From an uncultured Bacteroidales bacterium (GTDB taxonomy: Bacteria; Bacteroidota; Bacteroidia; Bacteroidales; CAIXTV01), in contig CAZJBB010000001.1 of NCBI GenBank assembly GCA_964543995.1, positions 2,059-66,058 of the forward strand: a DNA stretch of 64,000 nt. The letters run 5' to 3'. Under the pieces are notes generated by a model. That model had not been told where the DNA came from and ran no database searches. It was given only the letters and a program-made list of their open reading frames with translations. Shown here piece after piece: positions 39,308 through 47,041 of this stretch. Within the stretch, counting starts at the first letter, position 1, and every line of letters starts with the position of its first letter. Both the position numbers and the translations under genes were made by a program.

Positions 39308-40152
39308 TGGAAGTCATAAGCGAGATTTCTCACCTTAGTGAAAAGCTGTCGGAATACAGGAATTCGAAAAGAAGCATTGGCTTTGTCCCTACCATGGGAG
39401 CATTGCATCAGGGGCATATTTCATTGATTCAGCAGGCAAATAATGAAAATGATGTAAGCGTTTGCAGCATTTTTGTGAATCCGATTCAGTTTAATAATCC
39501 TAATGATTTGATTGCCTATCCAAGAACTTTGGAGGCCGATTTGGAGATGTTAAAGTCCCATCACTGCGACCTTGTTTTCACCCCTTCGAGAGAAGAAATG
39601 TATCCTTCGGGACTCACTGTTGAGAAGTACACTTTCGGATTGTTGGAAGAAGTGATGGAAGGCAAATTTCGACCCGGGCATTTTAATGGAGTAGCAGTAG
39701 TGGTGAAAAGGTTTTTCGACATTGTTCAACCCCATAAAGCCTATTTTGGTTTAAAAGATTTTCAACAATTGGCTATTGTAAAAGAGCTGGTGAAACAAAC
39801 ATCTTTACCGATAGTAATTGTCCCATGCCCAATCGTTCGCGAAGCCGATGGATTGGCCATGAGTTCCCGAAACCTTCGATTGACTCCAAGCCAACGCCAA
39901 GCAGCCCCTTTTATTTATCGAACTTTACAAGCAGCCAAAGAGAAGTCCTCTTCCTTGCCTATAGAAGATTTAAAAGCATGGGTAATTACAGAAATTAATC
40001 AAAATCCTTGGATGAAAATCGAATATTTCGAAGTCGTTTCGCCGGATTCTCTAATCTCTGTTGACGATTCCAATAAATTTTCAGGGAGCATTGGTTGTAT
40101 TGCATTATTTATGGAAGATATCCGATTAATAGATAATATCATTTTGTTTTAG
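39307..40152 (+). CDS. panC: pantoate--beta-alanine ligase
   Basis: 281 aa with VPTMGALHQGHISL and FGLKDFQQ motifs. Confidence 0.95.
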   Translation: MEVISEISHLSEKLSEYRNSKRSIGFVPTMGALHQGHISLIQQANNENDVSVCSIFVNPIQFNNPNDLIAYPRTLEADLEMLKSHHCDLVFTPSREEMYPSGLTVEKYTFGLLEEVMEGKFRPGHFNGVAVVVKRFFDIVQPHKAYFGLKDFQQLAIVKELVKQTSLPIVIVPCPIVREADGLAMSSRNLRLTPSQRQAAPFIYRTLQAAKEKSSSLPIEDLKAWVITEINQNPWMKIEYFEVVSPDSLISVDDSNKFSGSIGCIALFMEDIRLIDNIILF

Positions 40153-40164
40153 TAATTTTGCCGC

Positions 40165-40521
40165 ATGATGTTAGTTGAAGTAGTAAAATCGAAAATACAC
40201 CGCGTTAAGGTTACCGAAGCGGATATAAATTATATCGGAAGCATCACTATTGATGAGGATCTCATAGATGCTTCAGGATTGATTGAAAATGAAAAAGTTC
40301 AGGTGGTAAACATCAACAATGGTGAGCGCCTCGAAACTTATGTAATTAAAGGAGCAAGGGGTTCGGGGGTCATTTGTTTGAATGGACCTGCTGCTCGTAA
40401 AGCCTTGGTAGGTGATATTGTTATTATTGTTTCGTATGCCATGATGGATATTGAAGAAGCACGACAATTTTCTCCAACCATTGTTTTTCCTGACGAAAAC
40501 AATCAAATTAAAAAGATTTGA
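40165..40521 (+). CDS. panD: aspartate 1-decarboxylase (pyruvoyl enzyme)
   Basis: 118 aa. [23 protein letters not shown] contains the Gly-Ser self-cleavage site. Confidence 0.95.
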   Translation: MMLVEVVKSKIHRVKVTEADINYIGSITIDEDLIDASGLIENEKVQVVNINNGERLETYVIKGARGSGVICLNGPAARKALVGDIVIIVSYAMMDIEEARQFSPTIVFPDENNQIKKI

Positions 40522-41525
40522 AAAAAACCCTTTTGACCATTCTGAAGCTTGGGTTTTTCTTAGGTTTAGGAATATTGTTCATTTGGTTATTTCTTCGTCA
40601 GCTCACACCCGAACAGAAACATGATATCTTAACTTCATTCACCAAAGCCAATTATTGGTGGTTGATCCCTTTGTTTTTTGTTTGGTTTTTAAGCCATGTA
40701 ATTCGAGCCCTTCGGTGGAACATGATGATACATCCTTTGGGTTACAAACCAAAACTCTACAATACGATTATGGCCGTGCTGATCGGGTATTTCGCCAATT
40801 TGGCGTTGCCCCGCATGGGTGAAGTGAGCAGGTGTACCGTACTTGCCAAATACGAAAACATCCCTTTTACCAAGTCGTTTGGAACAGTGGTGACTGAAAG
40901 GGCATTTGATGTGCTGGTTTTTATTATGTTGTTTTTTGTAATTCTGGCCACTCAATTCGAAAGGATACATGGTTATGTGGATGAAAAAGTCTACAAACCC
41001 CTATCAGAAAAATTCGATATGCATAATTTCAGCTTGCATTTTTTGATTTTTGTATTGGGGTTGGGGCTTGTTCTTGCATTTCTGTTTTTTGTTTTTCATA
41101 AAAAGCTGTTGAAATGGAAACTCTACGTGAAATTTATGGAGCAAATTCGACATTTCTTTGTTGGGTTGAAATCCATTTTTCAATTGAAAAGTCCACTCCT
41201 GTTTTTGTTTTTAAGCTTACTCATTTGGGTGTGTTATTATTATCTCACCTATCTGTGCTTTTTCTGCTTTGCTGAAACCAGCAGTTTGGGATTTTCTCCT
41301 GCTTTTGCGGTAGTGATTTTTGGAGCCATCGGTTATATGGTAGTTCAGGGGGGGATAGGTTTATACCCGGTTATTGTAGCAGAAACCTTAACTTTATACG
41401 GAATTAGTGAAACCACTGGCTATGCTTTGGGTTGGTTGGGTTGGTCGGCACAAACCCTGATGTTTATTATTTTAGGCATTATTTCATTGGTTGTATTACC
41501 CATTATTAATAAAAAAAGAACATGA
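40518..41525 (+). CDS. UPF0104 / lysylphosphatidylglycerol-synthase-TM-like flippase-like membrane protein
   Basis: 335 aa with about 8 TM segments. [14 protein letters not shown]...[16 protein letters not shown] is the family signature. Confidence 0.75.
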   Translation: MKKTLLTILKLGFFLGLGILFIWLFLRQLTPEQKHDILTSFTKANYWWLIPLFFVWFLSHVIRALRWNMMIHPLGYKPKLYNTIMAVLIGYFANLALPRMGEVSRCTVLAKYENIPFTKSFGTVVTERAFDVLVFIMLFFVILATQFERIHGYVDEKVYKPLSEKFDMHNFSLHFLIFVLGLGLVLAFLFFVFHKKLLKWKLYVKFMEQIRHFFVGLKSIFQLKSPLLFLFLSLLIWVCYYYLTYLCFFCFAETSSLGFSPAFAVVIFGAIGYMVVQGGIGLYPVIVAETLTLYGISETTGYALGWLGWSAQTLMFIILGIISLVVLPIINKKRT

Positions 41526-42013
41526 ATCACCTCGAAGTTATTCAAGAAAAAATATTGCAAGGCATAGCGTTAGAGAGAAAATTGGCATACTGGCGGTTTA
41601 AAAACAAGAAAACGGTTTTCACCAACGGGTGCTTCGATATCTTACATTTGGGTCATGTGGATTACCTTTCGAAAGCTTCGGATTTAGGAGATCTCTTAAT
41701 TATTGGGCTCAATACGGATGCTTCGGTGAAGAGGCTGAAAGGGAATCACCGACCTATCAATGACGAACATGCCCGAGCTATGGTATTGGCCTCTTTGCAG
41801 TTTGTACATGCAGTAGTTTTGTTTGATGAAGACACCCCATACGAGCTGATTAAACTGGTTCAACCTGATGTTTTAGTAAAAGGGAAAGACTATGTCCCCG
41901 AAGAAATTGTGGGTTTTGACATTTTGAAACAAAAAAACGGTGAAGTCATCACCATTGATTTGGTAGAAGGCTATTCTACTTCTGCTATAGAAAGGAAAAT
42001 AAAAGGTAGTTGA
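41522..42013 (+). CDS. rfaE2: D-glycero-beta-D-manno-heptose 1-phosphate adenylyltransferase (RfaE domain II type)
   Basis: 163 aa. Cytidylyltransferase motif FTNGCFDILHLGHVDYL and the RfaE-II-like VVLFDEDTP. Confidence 0.85.
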   Translation: MNHLEVIQEKILQGIALERKLAYWRFKNKKTVFTNGCFDILHLGHVDYLSKASDLGDLLIIGLNTDASVKRLKGNHRPINDEHARAMVLASLQFVHAVVLFDEDTPYELIKLVQPDVLVKGKDYVPEEIVGFDILKQKNGEVITIDLVEGYSTSAIERKIKGS

Positions 42014-42258
42014 AAATGAAGTGAAAAGACGGGAGACCAAAGACAGTCCGGTATACGGCTATATGTTCCTTATAATCAATAATTTAATAACTAATTGCCA
42101 ATAACTATTGCTCTTGACTTGGGCTTTTTCATTTAGCCAACGAGGTTTTTTATTTAAACTTTTATCATCAATTACTTCGTTCAACAAATTAGGCCTTATT
42201 AATGCATTCTGTTTATTTTTGTGAAGAAGCGATGGATATAACCATGTCACAATTGCAA

Positions 42259-42408
42259 GCAGTACAAGAAAATACTATTAGAAAGATTTGAGAGAATCCA
42301 TAAGTAATAAGCTCTTCCCCAAGTCGGATAGTTTGTAAAAAACATATAGGTATGCGCTAATATTTGCTACACTTGGGCTAAGTCTTCGATTTCGTGGCTT
42401 GCACCTTC
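42259..42408 (+). repeat. direct repeat A, copy 1: relic of the last ~15 codons of the HipA-kinase gene plus downstream sequence
   Basis: 42259-42382 aligns with 43975-44097 with about 5 substitutions and 1 indel, counted by eye. Weaker similarity continues for about 25 nt. In the cognate frame it reads QYKKILLERFERIHK-stop, with a stop just upstream. Confidence 0.9.
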
Positions 42409-42442
42409 TGGGAAGTTATATCATTCAAAATAATTCAATATT

Positions 42443-42541
42443 TATACCCTATAAGGTATAAAATGCGTATTTTGAAATAAATTACACCCTAAAAGGTATA
42501 AAATGCAGAAATATGATTATATTTGCACCTTAAAGGGTATA
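42443..42541 (+). promoter_or_regulatory. three tandem operator-like palindromes (TATACC-N6-GGTATA type) plus a -7 box upstream of, and overlapping, the HTH gene start
   Basis: TATACCctataaGGTATA at 42443-42460, TACACCctaaaaGGTATA at 42483-42500 and TGCACCttaaagGGTATA at 42524-42541, with 40-41 bp spacing. Each sits in a conserved ACCYTAWARGGTATAAAATG unit. TATATTTG (TAnnTTTG) at 42518-42525. Confidence 0.55.
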
Positions 42542-42543
42542 AA

Positions 42544-42753
42544 ATGGAATTAACAAGATTTGTCAAAGACAAACGAAAATCAGTAAATCTCACACAACCT
42601 GAGTTGGCTGAAAAGGCCGGAGTGGGGTTGCGTTTCATTCGAGAATTAGAACAAGGAAAGAAAAGTTTACGCTTGGATAAGGTAAACCAAGTACTCCGTT
42701 TATTCGGATATGAAGTAGGAGCTGTTCCATCTAAAAAAGAGAGTGAAGAATGA
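42544..42753 (+). CDS. XRE-family HTH protein, HipB/y4mF-like
   Basis: 69 aa from the ATG at 42544. HTH segment LTQPELAEKAGVGLRFIRELEQGK. ATGA overlap with the next gene. The track start at 42523 is a TTG lying inside operator 3. Confidence 0.8.
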   Translation: MELTRFVKDKRKSVNLTQPELAEKAGVGLRFIRELEQGKKSLRLDKVNQVLRLFGYEVGAVPSKKESEE

Positions 42754-43082
42754 GAAAGGCTATCATAAAATTGAATACGCAAATTGCAGGATGGCTAACG
42801 CAAGATGATCAAGGGTATCATTTTGAGTATGCCAAAGATTATTTAAGCCAAAAAGATCCAAGGCCGATAAGTTTAACGCTACCTATACAGGAGGCTGTTT
42901 ATACATCCAATGTGTTATTCCCTTTTTTTGATGGGTTAATTCCTGAGGGTTGGTTGTTAGATATTGCCGAAAAAAATTGGAAGTTAAACCCAAGAGACCG
43001 CATGGGATTGCTGTTGGTATGCTGCAAAGATTGTATTGGAGCTGTAAGTGTAGAAGCATTAAAAATGGAGGATACCCCATGA
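42750..43082 (+). CDS. stand-alone HipA N-terminal subdomain protein (HipS-like)
   Basis: 110 aa. GWLTQDDQGYHFEYAKDY...FPFFDGLIPEGWLL...CKDCIGAVSV resembles only the N-terminal coupling domain of HipA. ATGA overlaps at both ends. Confidence 0.75.
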   Translation: MRKAIIKLNTQIAGWLTQDDQGYHFEYAKDYLSQKDPRPISLTLPIQEAVYTSNVLFPFFDGLIPEGWLLDIAEKNWKLNPRDRMGLLLVCCKDCIGAVSVEALKMEDTP

Positions 43083-44020
43083 AAAGATGTTTATTTTGCT
43101 ATCAGCCGTTGCTTGAAAAAGAATTGGATTTTCATGCTTCATGCTCAAGAAAAATATTTGGACAGTCTTTACCCCCTGCAATGCCATACTTGGAATCTGA
43201 TTTAGAGTCCATGGCAAAAAAGATTATACAAAGTCAAACCGCAGTTACCGGTGTACAGGCTAAATTATCGCTTCATATTGGAGGGAAAGACAAGGAAGAA
43301 ACAGAAAACAAATTTACTATAGTTGGTCTTTGGGGAGGCTATATAATGAAACCTCCTACAGCGTTATATCAACAGCTGCCCGAAGTAGAAGATATAACTA
43401 TGCATTTGGCTGATTTAAGTAAAATAAAAACGGTTCCACATAGCCTTATTCGCTTAGCATCAGGAAATCTTGCTTACGTTACTAAAAGAATAGACAGAAT
43501 AAAAAAAGTCAAGCTTGCCATGGAGGATATGTGCCAATTAACCGGACGACTTACGGAAGATAAGTACCATGGCAGCTATGAACAAATTGGCAAAGCCATT
43601 CAAAAGTATTCTTCTACACCAGGTTTAGATGTAATGAATTTCTTTGAGATAGTTTTGTTTTCTTTTTTAACAGGCAATGGGGATATGCACCTAAAAAACT
43701 TTTCCTTAATAGAACAAGCGGGATTAGGAATGGTACTATCGCCGGCCTATGATTTAGTAAATACATCCTTGGTAAATCCTGCCGATGATGAAGAGTTGGC
43801 GCTGAATCTTAATGGCAAAAAGAAGAACCTTAAAAAAGAGGATTTTACAGCAGCGATGACCACTTTGAAGGTTGAAGTAAAGCAACAGCAAAACATTTTC
43901 GCCAAAATGGAAAAAGCAAAACCCAAGTGGATAGAATATATTGACATCAGTTTTTTAAGTAATGCATTTAAAGAGCAGTACAAGAAAATACTATTAGAAA
44001 GATTTGAGAGAATCCATTAG
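43079..44020 (+). CDS. HipA-family Ser/Thr kinase core (HipT-like toxin candidate)
   Basis: 313 aa from the ATG at 43079. Gly-rich loop AVTGVQAKLS, catalytic loop GNGDMHLKNFS, SPAYDLVNT, and an N-terminal CxxC-x12-HxxC element. The longer track ORF start (42950) overlaps the previous gene in another frame. Confidence 0.8.
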   Translation: MKRCLFCYQPLLEKELDFHASCSRKIFGQSLPPAMPYLESDLESMAKKIIQSQTAVTGVQAKLSLHIGGKDKEETENKFTIVGLWGGYIMKPPTALYQQLPEVEDITMHLADLSKIKTVPHSLIRLASGNLAYVTKRIDRIKKVKLAMEDMCQLTGRLTEDKYHGSYEQIGKAIQKYSSTPGLDVMNFFEIVLFSFLTGNGDMHLKNFSLIEQAGLGMVLSPAYDLVNTSLVNPADDEELALNLNGKKKNLKKEDFTAAMTTLKVEVKQQQNIFAKMEKAKPKWIEYIDISFLSNAFKEQYKKILLERFERIH

Positions 44021-44125
44021 TAATATTCTCTTCCCCAGGACGGATAGTTTGTAAAAAACATATAGGTATGCGCTAATATTTGCTACATTGGGCTAAGGCT
44101 TCTAATCCGTTGTATGAACCCTCCG
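43975..44125 (+). repeat. direct repeat A, copy 2: authentic 3' end of the kinase gene plus downstream sequence
   Basis: Partner of 42259-42408. Confidence 0.9.
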
Positions 44126-44143
44126 GAAAAATTTCCCTTGTTC

Positions 44144-44172
44144 TTTGTTTTCATGGATAATTTGTATTTTTG
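44144..44172 (+). promoter_or_regulatory. possible promoter (TTTG-N17-TATTTTTG) for the 170-aa membrane protein gene
   Basis: TTTG at 44144-44147 and TATTTTTG at 44165-44172. The spacer is 2 nt shorter than consensus. Confidence 0.3.
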
Positions 44173-44248
44173 AAATAGGCATAGCGTTTTGGAAAGGAAG
44201 GACTGCTTATGTTGGGCACAAAAAACCTGTAAATTAAAAATCTCTGAG

Positions 44249-44761
44249 ATGAAAACCCTTTCTAAAATAGTTTTTTTGACATCACTTTCTTTCATTGGCG
44301 GCTGTATTTTTATTGGAATTCTTGGCTCGTTACTACCAATCGAAGTAATAGATGACAACCTAGTTTACTATTATATGGTAATACGGTTTTATGGAATTCC
44401 GATTACTATTATTCTTACCCTAACTGGAACCATAAAACAAAAGGACAAAGCAGGTTTAATAATAGGAAAAATAATTGCGACAATAGCAATGTCAATTTTT
44501 TCCCTTTTCATTGTGTTCATGGTTTTGTTCTCAAATATGTGTGGGTGGACTACTAACAGAGTATTCTTTGAAAACACTCAAAACAAGACAATAAAAATAG
44601 TTGAAAGAAATTTTGGGTGCGGGGCAACTGACAGCGGAGAACCAGTTTATAAAATTTTTAAGTTAAAAGAAATTACAAAATATTTTATTTGGGTTACTGA
44701 AATTGACACTAATCAAATTGATAAAAGCGAATGGACACGAATTAACAATAAAACAGAATAA
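44249..44761 (+). CDS. membrane protein (3 TM plus C-terminal soluble domain), function unknown
   Basis: 170 aa from the ATG at 44249 (MKTLSKIVFLTSLSFIGGC...). No family recognised. The upstream ATG at 44189 adds a non-hydrophobic 20-aa extension. Confidence 0.55.
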   Translation: MKTLSKIVFLTSLSFIGGCIFIGILGSLLPIEVIDDNLVYYYMVIRFYGIPITIILTLTGTIKQKDKAGLIIGKIIATIAMSIFSLFIVFMVLFSNMCGWTTNRVFFENTQNKTIKIVERNFGCGATDSGEPVYKIFKLKEITKYFIWVTEIDTNQIDKSEWTRINNKTE

Positions 44762-44889
44762 CATTAATCGTTTAAGACTATTATTTATCCTTTGCCAAAA
44801 GTCATAGTCGAAAAGACTCAGTTAAGCCTATGTTTCACCCTATTTTAGCAAGTTTCAGAAAATTACAACCGATTCAAAACAGCTATCTT

Positions 44890-44962
44890 TATAGAAAATC
44901 AGATTATTTATACATAAGCAGATGGAAGTGTATAGTTTTTTGCGTTTTCTATACAAAAGGAA
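44890..44962 (+). repeat. direct repeat B, copy 1 (contains a hairpin plus T tract and three CTATACA-like words)
   Basis: The core 44909-44962 matches 47059-47112 at 51 of 54 positions, counted by eye. TATACAT-N12-(G/A)TGTATA inverted repeat is followed by TTTTTTG and a third TCTATACA. Confidence 0.9.
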
Positions 44963-44971
44963 CTATCTTTG
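44939..44971 (+). promoter_or_regulatory. consensus Bacteroidota promoter for the Fic gene; its -33 box lies inside repeat B
   Basis: TTTG at 44939-44942, a 21-nt spacer, then TATCTTTG at 44964-44971. The ATG lies 28 nt downstream. Confidence 0.45.
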
Positions 44972-44998
44972 CATAGACTTTTTTAAAATGCATACAGA

Positions 44999-46069
44999 AT
45001 GACTACTTGGAAATTATCAGAATTGCCATTAAAGATTGACTTGGAGACGAAAAAAGTATTAAAAGCTTTACCTTCAGCTCATGCAGCATTGGCAGAGCTG
45101 AAAGGAATTGCGTCGACTATTCCCAATCAATCTATTTTAATTAATACGCTAGGATTGCAAGAAGCTAAGGATAGTTCTGCTATTGAAAATATTATTACCA
45201 CCCATGATGATTTATATAAGTCTGAATTGCATTTGAATACATTTAAATCATTGGAAGCAAAAGAAGTTCAGAATTATATTTCAGCATCAAAAAAAGGGTT
45301 TGAACTTATTAAAAAAACAGGATTATTGACTAACAATACCATTTTACAAATTCAAGAAATATTGGAGGATAATAAAGCAGGTTTTAGAAGATTGCCCGGG
45401 ACTGCATTGAAAAATGCTGCAACCGGTGAAACTATTTATACTCCACCACAAGAATATGATGAAATTATAAGACTTATGGCTAATCTTGAACGATATATTA
45501 ATGATTCAGGAATGCATGAATGCGACCCATTAATAAAAATGGTCATAATTCATTTTCAATTTGAAAGTATTCACCCATTTTATGATGGAAATGGAAGGTC
45601 TGGCAGGATAATAAATATACTTTACTTGATATTGGAGAAATTGCAAAGCTTACCCATTTTATATTTAAGTAATTATATTATCAGAAACAAATCTGACTAC
45701 TATAGATTTTTACAAAAAGTGAGAGAAGAAAATTTGTGGGAAGATTGGATCTTGTTTATGATTAAAGGAGTGGAAGAAATCGCAAAAGAAACCATTGAGC
45801 TTATCATTAAAATCAAGAGTTTAATGCTTGATTACAAGCACCGATTAAGAGATCATTACAAATTTTATAGTCAAGACTTGTTGAATAACCTATTTAAACA
45901 TCCTTTTACCAAGATTGAATTTATTGTAAATGATTTAGGCGTATCAAGGCTCACAGCAGCTAATTATTTGAATACTTTGGCTAAGGATAAGATGCTAAGG
46001 AAAAACAAATTAGGAACTGGAAATTATTACATCAACGAAGCATTATTTGAATTATTAATCAAACGATAA
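44999..46069 (+). CDS. Fic family protein (class II: N-terminal inhibitory helix, Fic core, C-terminal winged-helix-like region)
   Basis: 356 aa. Catalytic motif HPFYDGNGRSGR fits HxFx(D/E)GNGRxxR. Inhibitory motif SSAIEN fits (S/T)xxxE(G/N) and lies upstream of the core. Confidence 0.85.
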   Translation: MTTWKLSELPLKIDLETKKVLKALPSAHAALAELKGIASTIPNQSILINTLGLQEAKDSSAIENIITTHDDLYKSELHLNTFKSLEAKEVQNYISASKKGFELIKKTGLLTNNTILQIQEILEDNKAGFRRLPGTALKNAATGETIYTPPQEYDEIIRLMANLERYINDSGMHECDPLIKMVIIHFQFESIHPFYDGNGRSGRIINILYLILEKLQSLPILYLSNYIIRNKSDYYRFLQKVREENLWEDWILFMIKGVEEIAKETIELIIKIKSLMLDYKHRLRDHYKFYSQDLLNNLFKHPFTKIEFIVNDLGVSRLTAANYLNTLAKDKMLRKNKLGTGNYYINEALFELLIKR

Positions 46070-46251
46070 AAAGTATGATCCAAGAAAGATGGCATAGCTT
46101 AGCGCTGATTTTACCAATGTCAAAATATTTTTTGTTTCGCTACTTTCTGAATTTTAAGCTCAAAACGAACAGAGAGTTTGCCAAGATGTGCGATAGCCTT
46201 GGACTTTTGGAACGCTGCTAGTCATCGAGCCTGTCCTATATAAACTGCAAA

Positions 46252-46950
46252 ATGATAATGATTACAAACATTTATAAGATTATTCGGAATTATATATATC
46301 ATCATATTGAAATCTTTATGATTATTTTCTCGTTTTTGTCATTTATGGGAGAATGGTCTTTAATTTCCATTGCCTTTTTTATATGGAACTTTTTTAATAG
46401 AAAAGCTTATTTGAAATCCAGTTTTATCTTTTTTACCATCGCCGTTTTAATAAATATTCTGCACATAGTAACCCTACCATGGTCTGATAAAGTTCAGAGA
46501 GAATGGGAAAGACAGGGTTATGATGAAAATTTCAAAGAATTCACTCAAAGTAATTTAAACATATTGGCAAGACAAATTGAGGAGTTCAAACTAAGGAAAG
46601 GCTTTTATCCTGTAGCCCTTGAAAGGCTCAGTGAAATGGAAGACAAATTGATTTTCTGTACTGACCTTTCATATAGAATGAAACGAGAAGATGGCCAAGT
46701 AGATGGAGTTTTATTTTTCTATGAAAAAATTAACAATGATAAATTTTATTTATCTGCAATTGGTAAAGATGGAATAGGTATGACAGAAGATGATATAATT
46801 CCTGAAATTTTTCATTATGAAGAAAAAAATACCGGATTAACAAGATACAAACTTAGACCCATAACTAGAAGAGATAATGAGCATGGATTTTATGACACGG
46901 TTAAAAAAATTAACCCTCCTTGTAATCAAGTAGATGGATTGGTTTATTAA
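46252..46950 (+). CDS. membrane-anchored protein with pseudopilin (GspG)-like C-terminal domain; start codon uncertain
   Basis: 232 aa with two N-terminal TM segments. NLNILARQIEEFKLRKGFYPVALERL and FYLSAIGKDGIGMTEDDI resemble the GspG-fold conserved blocks (comparison by eye). No prepilin GFTLxE signal. Confidence 0.5.
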   Translation: MIMITNIYKIIRNYIYHHIEIFMIIFSFLSFMGEWSLISIAFFIWNFFNRKAYLKSSFIFFTIAVLINILHIVTLPWSDKVQREWERQGYDENFKEFTQSNLNILARQIEEFKLRKGFYPVALERLSEMEDKLIFCTDLSYRMKREDGQVDGVLFFYEKINNDKFYLSAIGKDGIGMTEDDIIPEIFHYEEKNTGLTRYKLRPITRRDNEHGFYDTVKKINPPCNQVDGLVY

Positions 46951-47041
46951 AGATGATAGGGTGCGCGATTAACCCACCTACTGCAGTTTATCTTTTATTG
47001 CAGTATGTTTTGAGCACCGCTTTCACAAAAATAAATTATCC

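Noticed and set aside
42059-42250. A 63-codon minus-strand ORF in the spacer upstream of the kinase module.
   Set aside because: It starts with GTG, has no recognisable domain or promoter box, and lies in AT-rich sequence where such ORFs arise by chance. It may be debris next to the relic repeat.
42443-42546. The three ~40-bp tandem units could be a type III toxin-antitoxin RNA repeat array (ToxI-like).
   Set aside because: Only about 20 of each 40 nt are conserved, and the conserved part is a DNA palindrome. No terminator follows, and the array runs directly into an HTH gene start. An operator array is the simpler reading.
42950-43078. Longer 356-aa version of the kinase ORF given in the ORF track.
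   Set aside because: The extension overlaps the HipA N-domain gene in another frame and has odd composition. The ATG at 43079 gives the classic ATGA coupling and a sensible N-terminus.
46075-46221. A 48-codon ORF (MIQERWHSLALILPMSKYFLF…REFAKMCDSLGLLERC) in a locally GC-richer spacer between Fic and the 232-aa ORF.
   Set aside because: I see no promoter box or recognisable domain. It could be a gene remnant, as the …REFAKM… stretch is faintly HTH-like, but I cannot support a call from sequence alone.
46239-46978. A 10-nt inverted repeat (ATAAACTGCA / TGCAGTTTAT) flanking the 232-aa ORF as possible terminal inverted repeats.
   Set aside because: It is only 10 nt and does not extend. There is no target-site duplication or transposase, so it is too weak to call.
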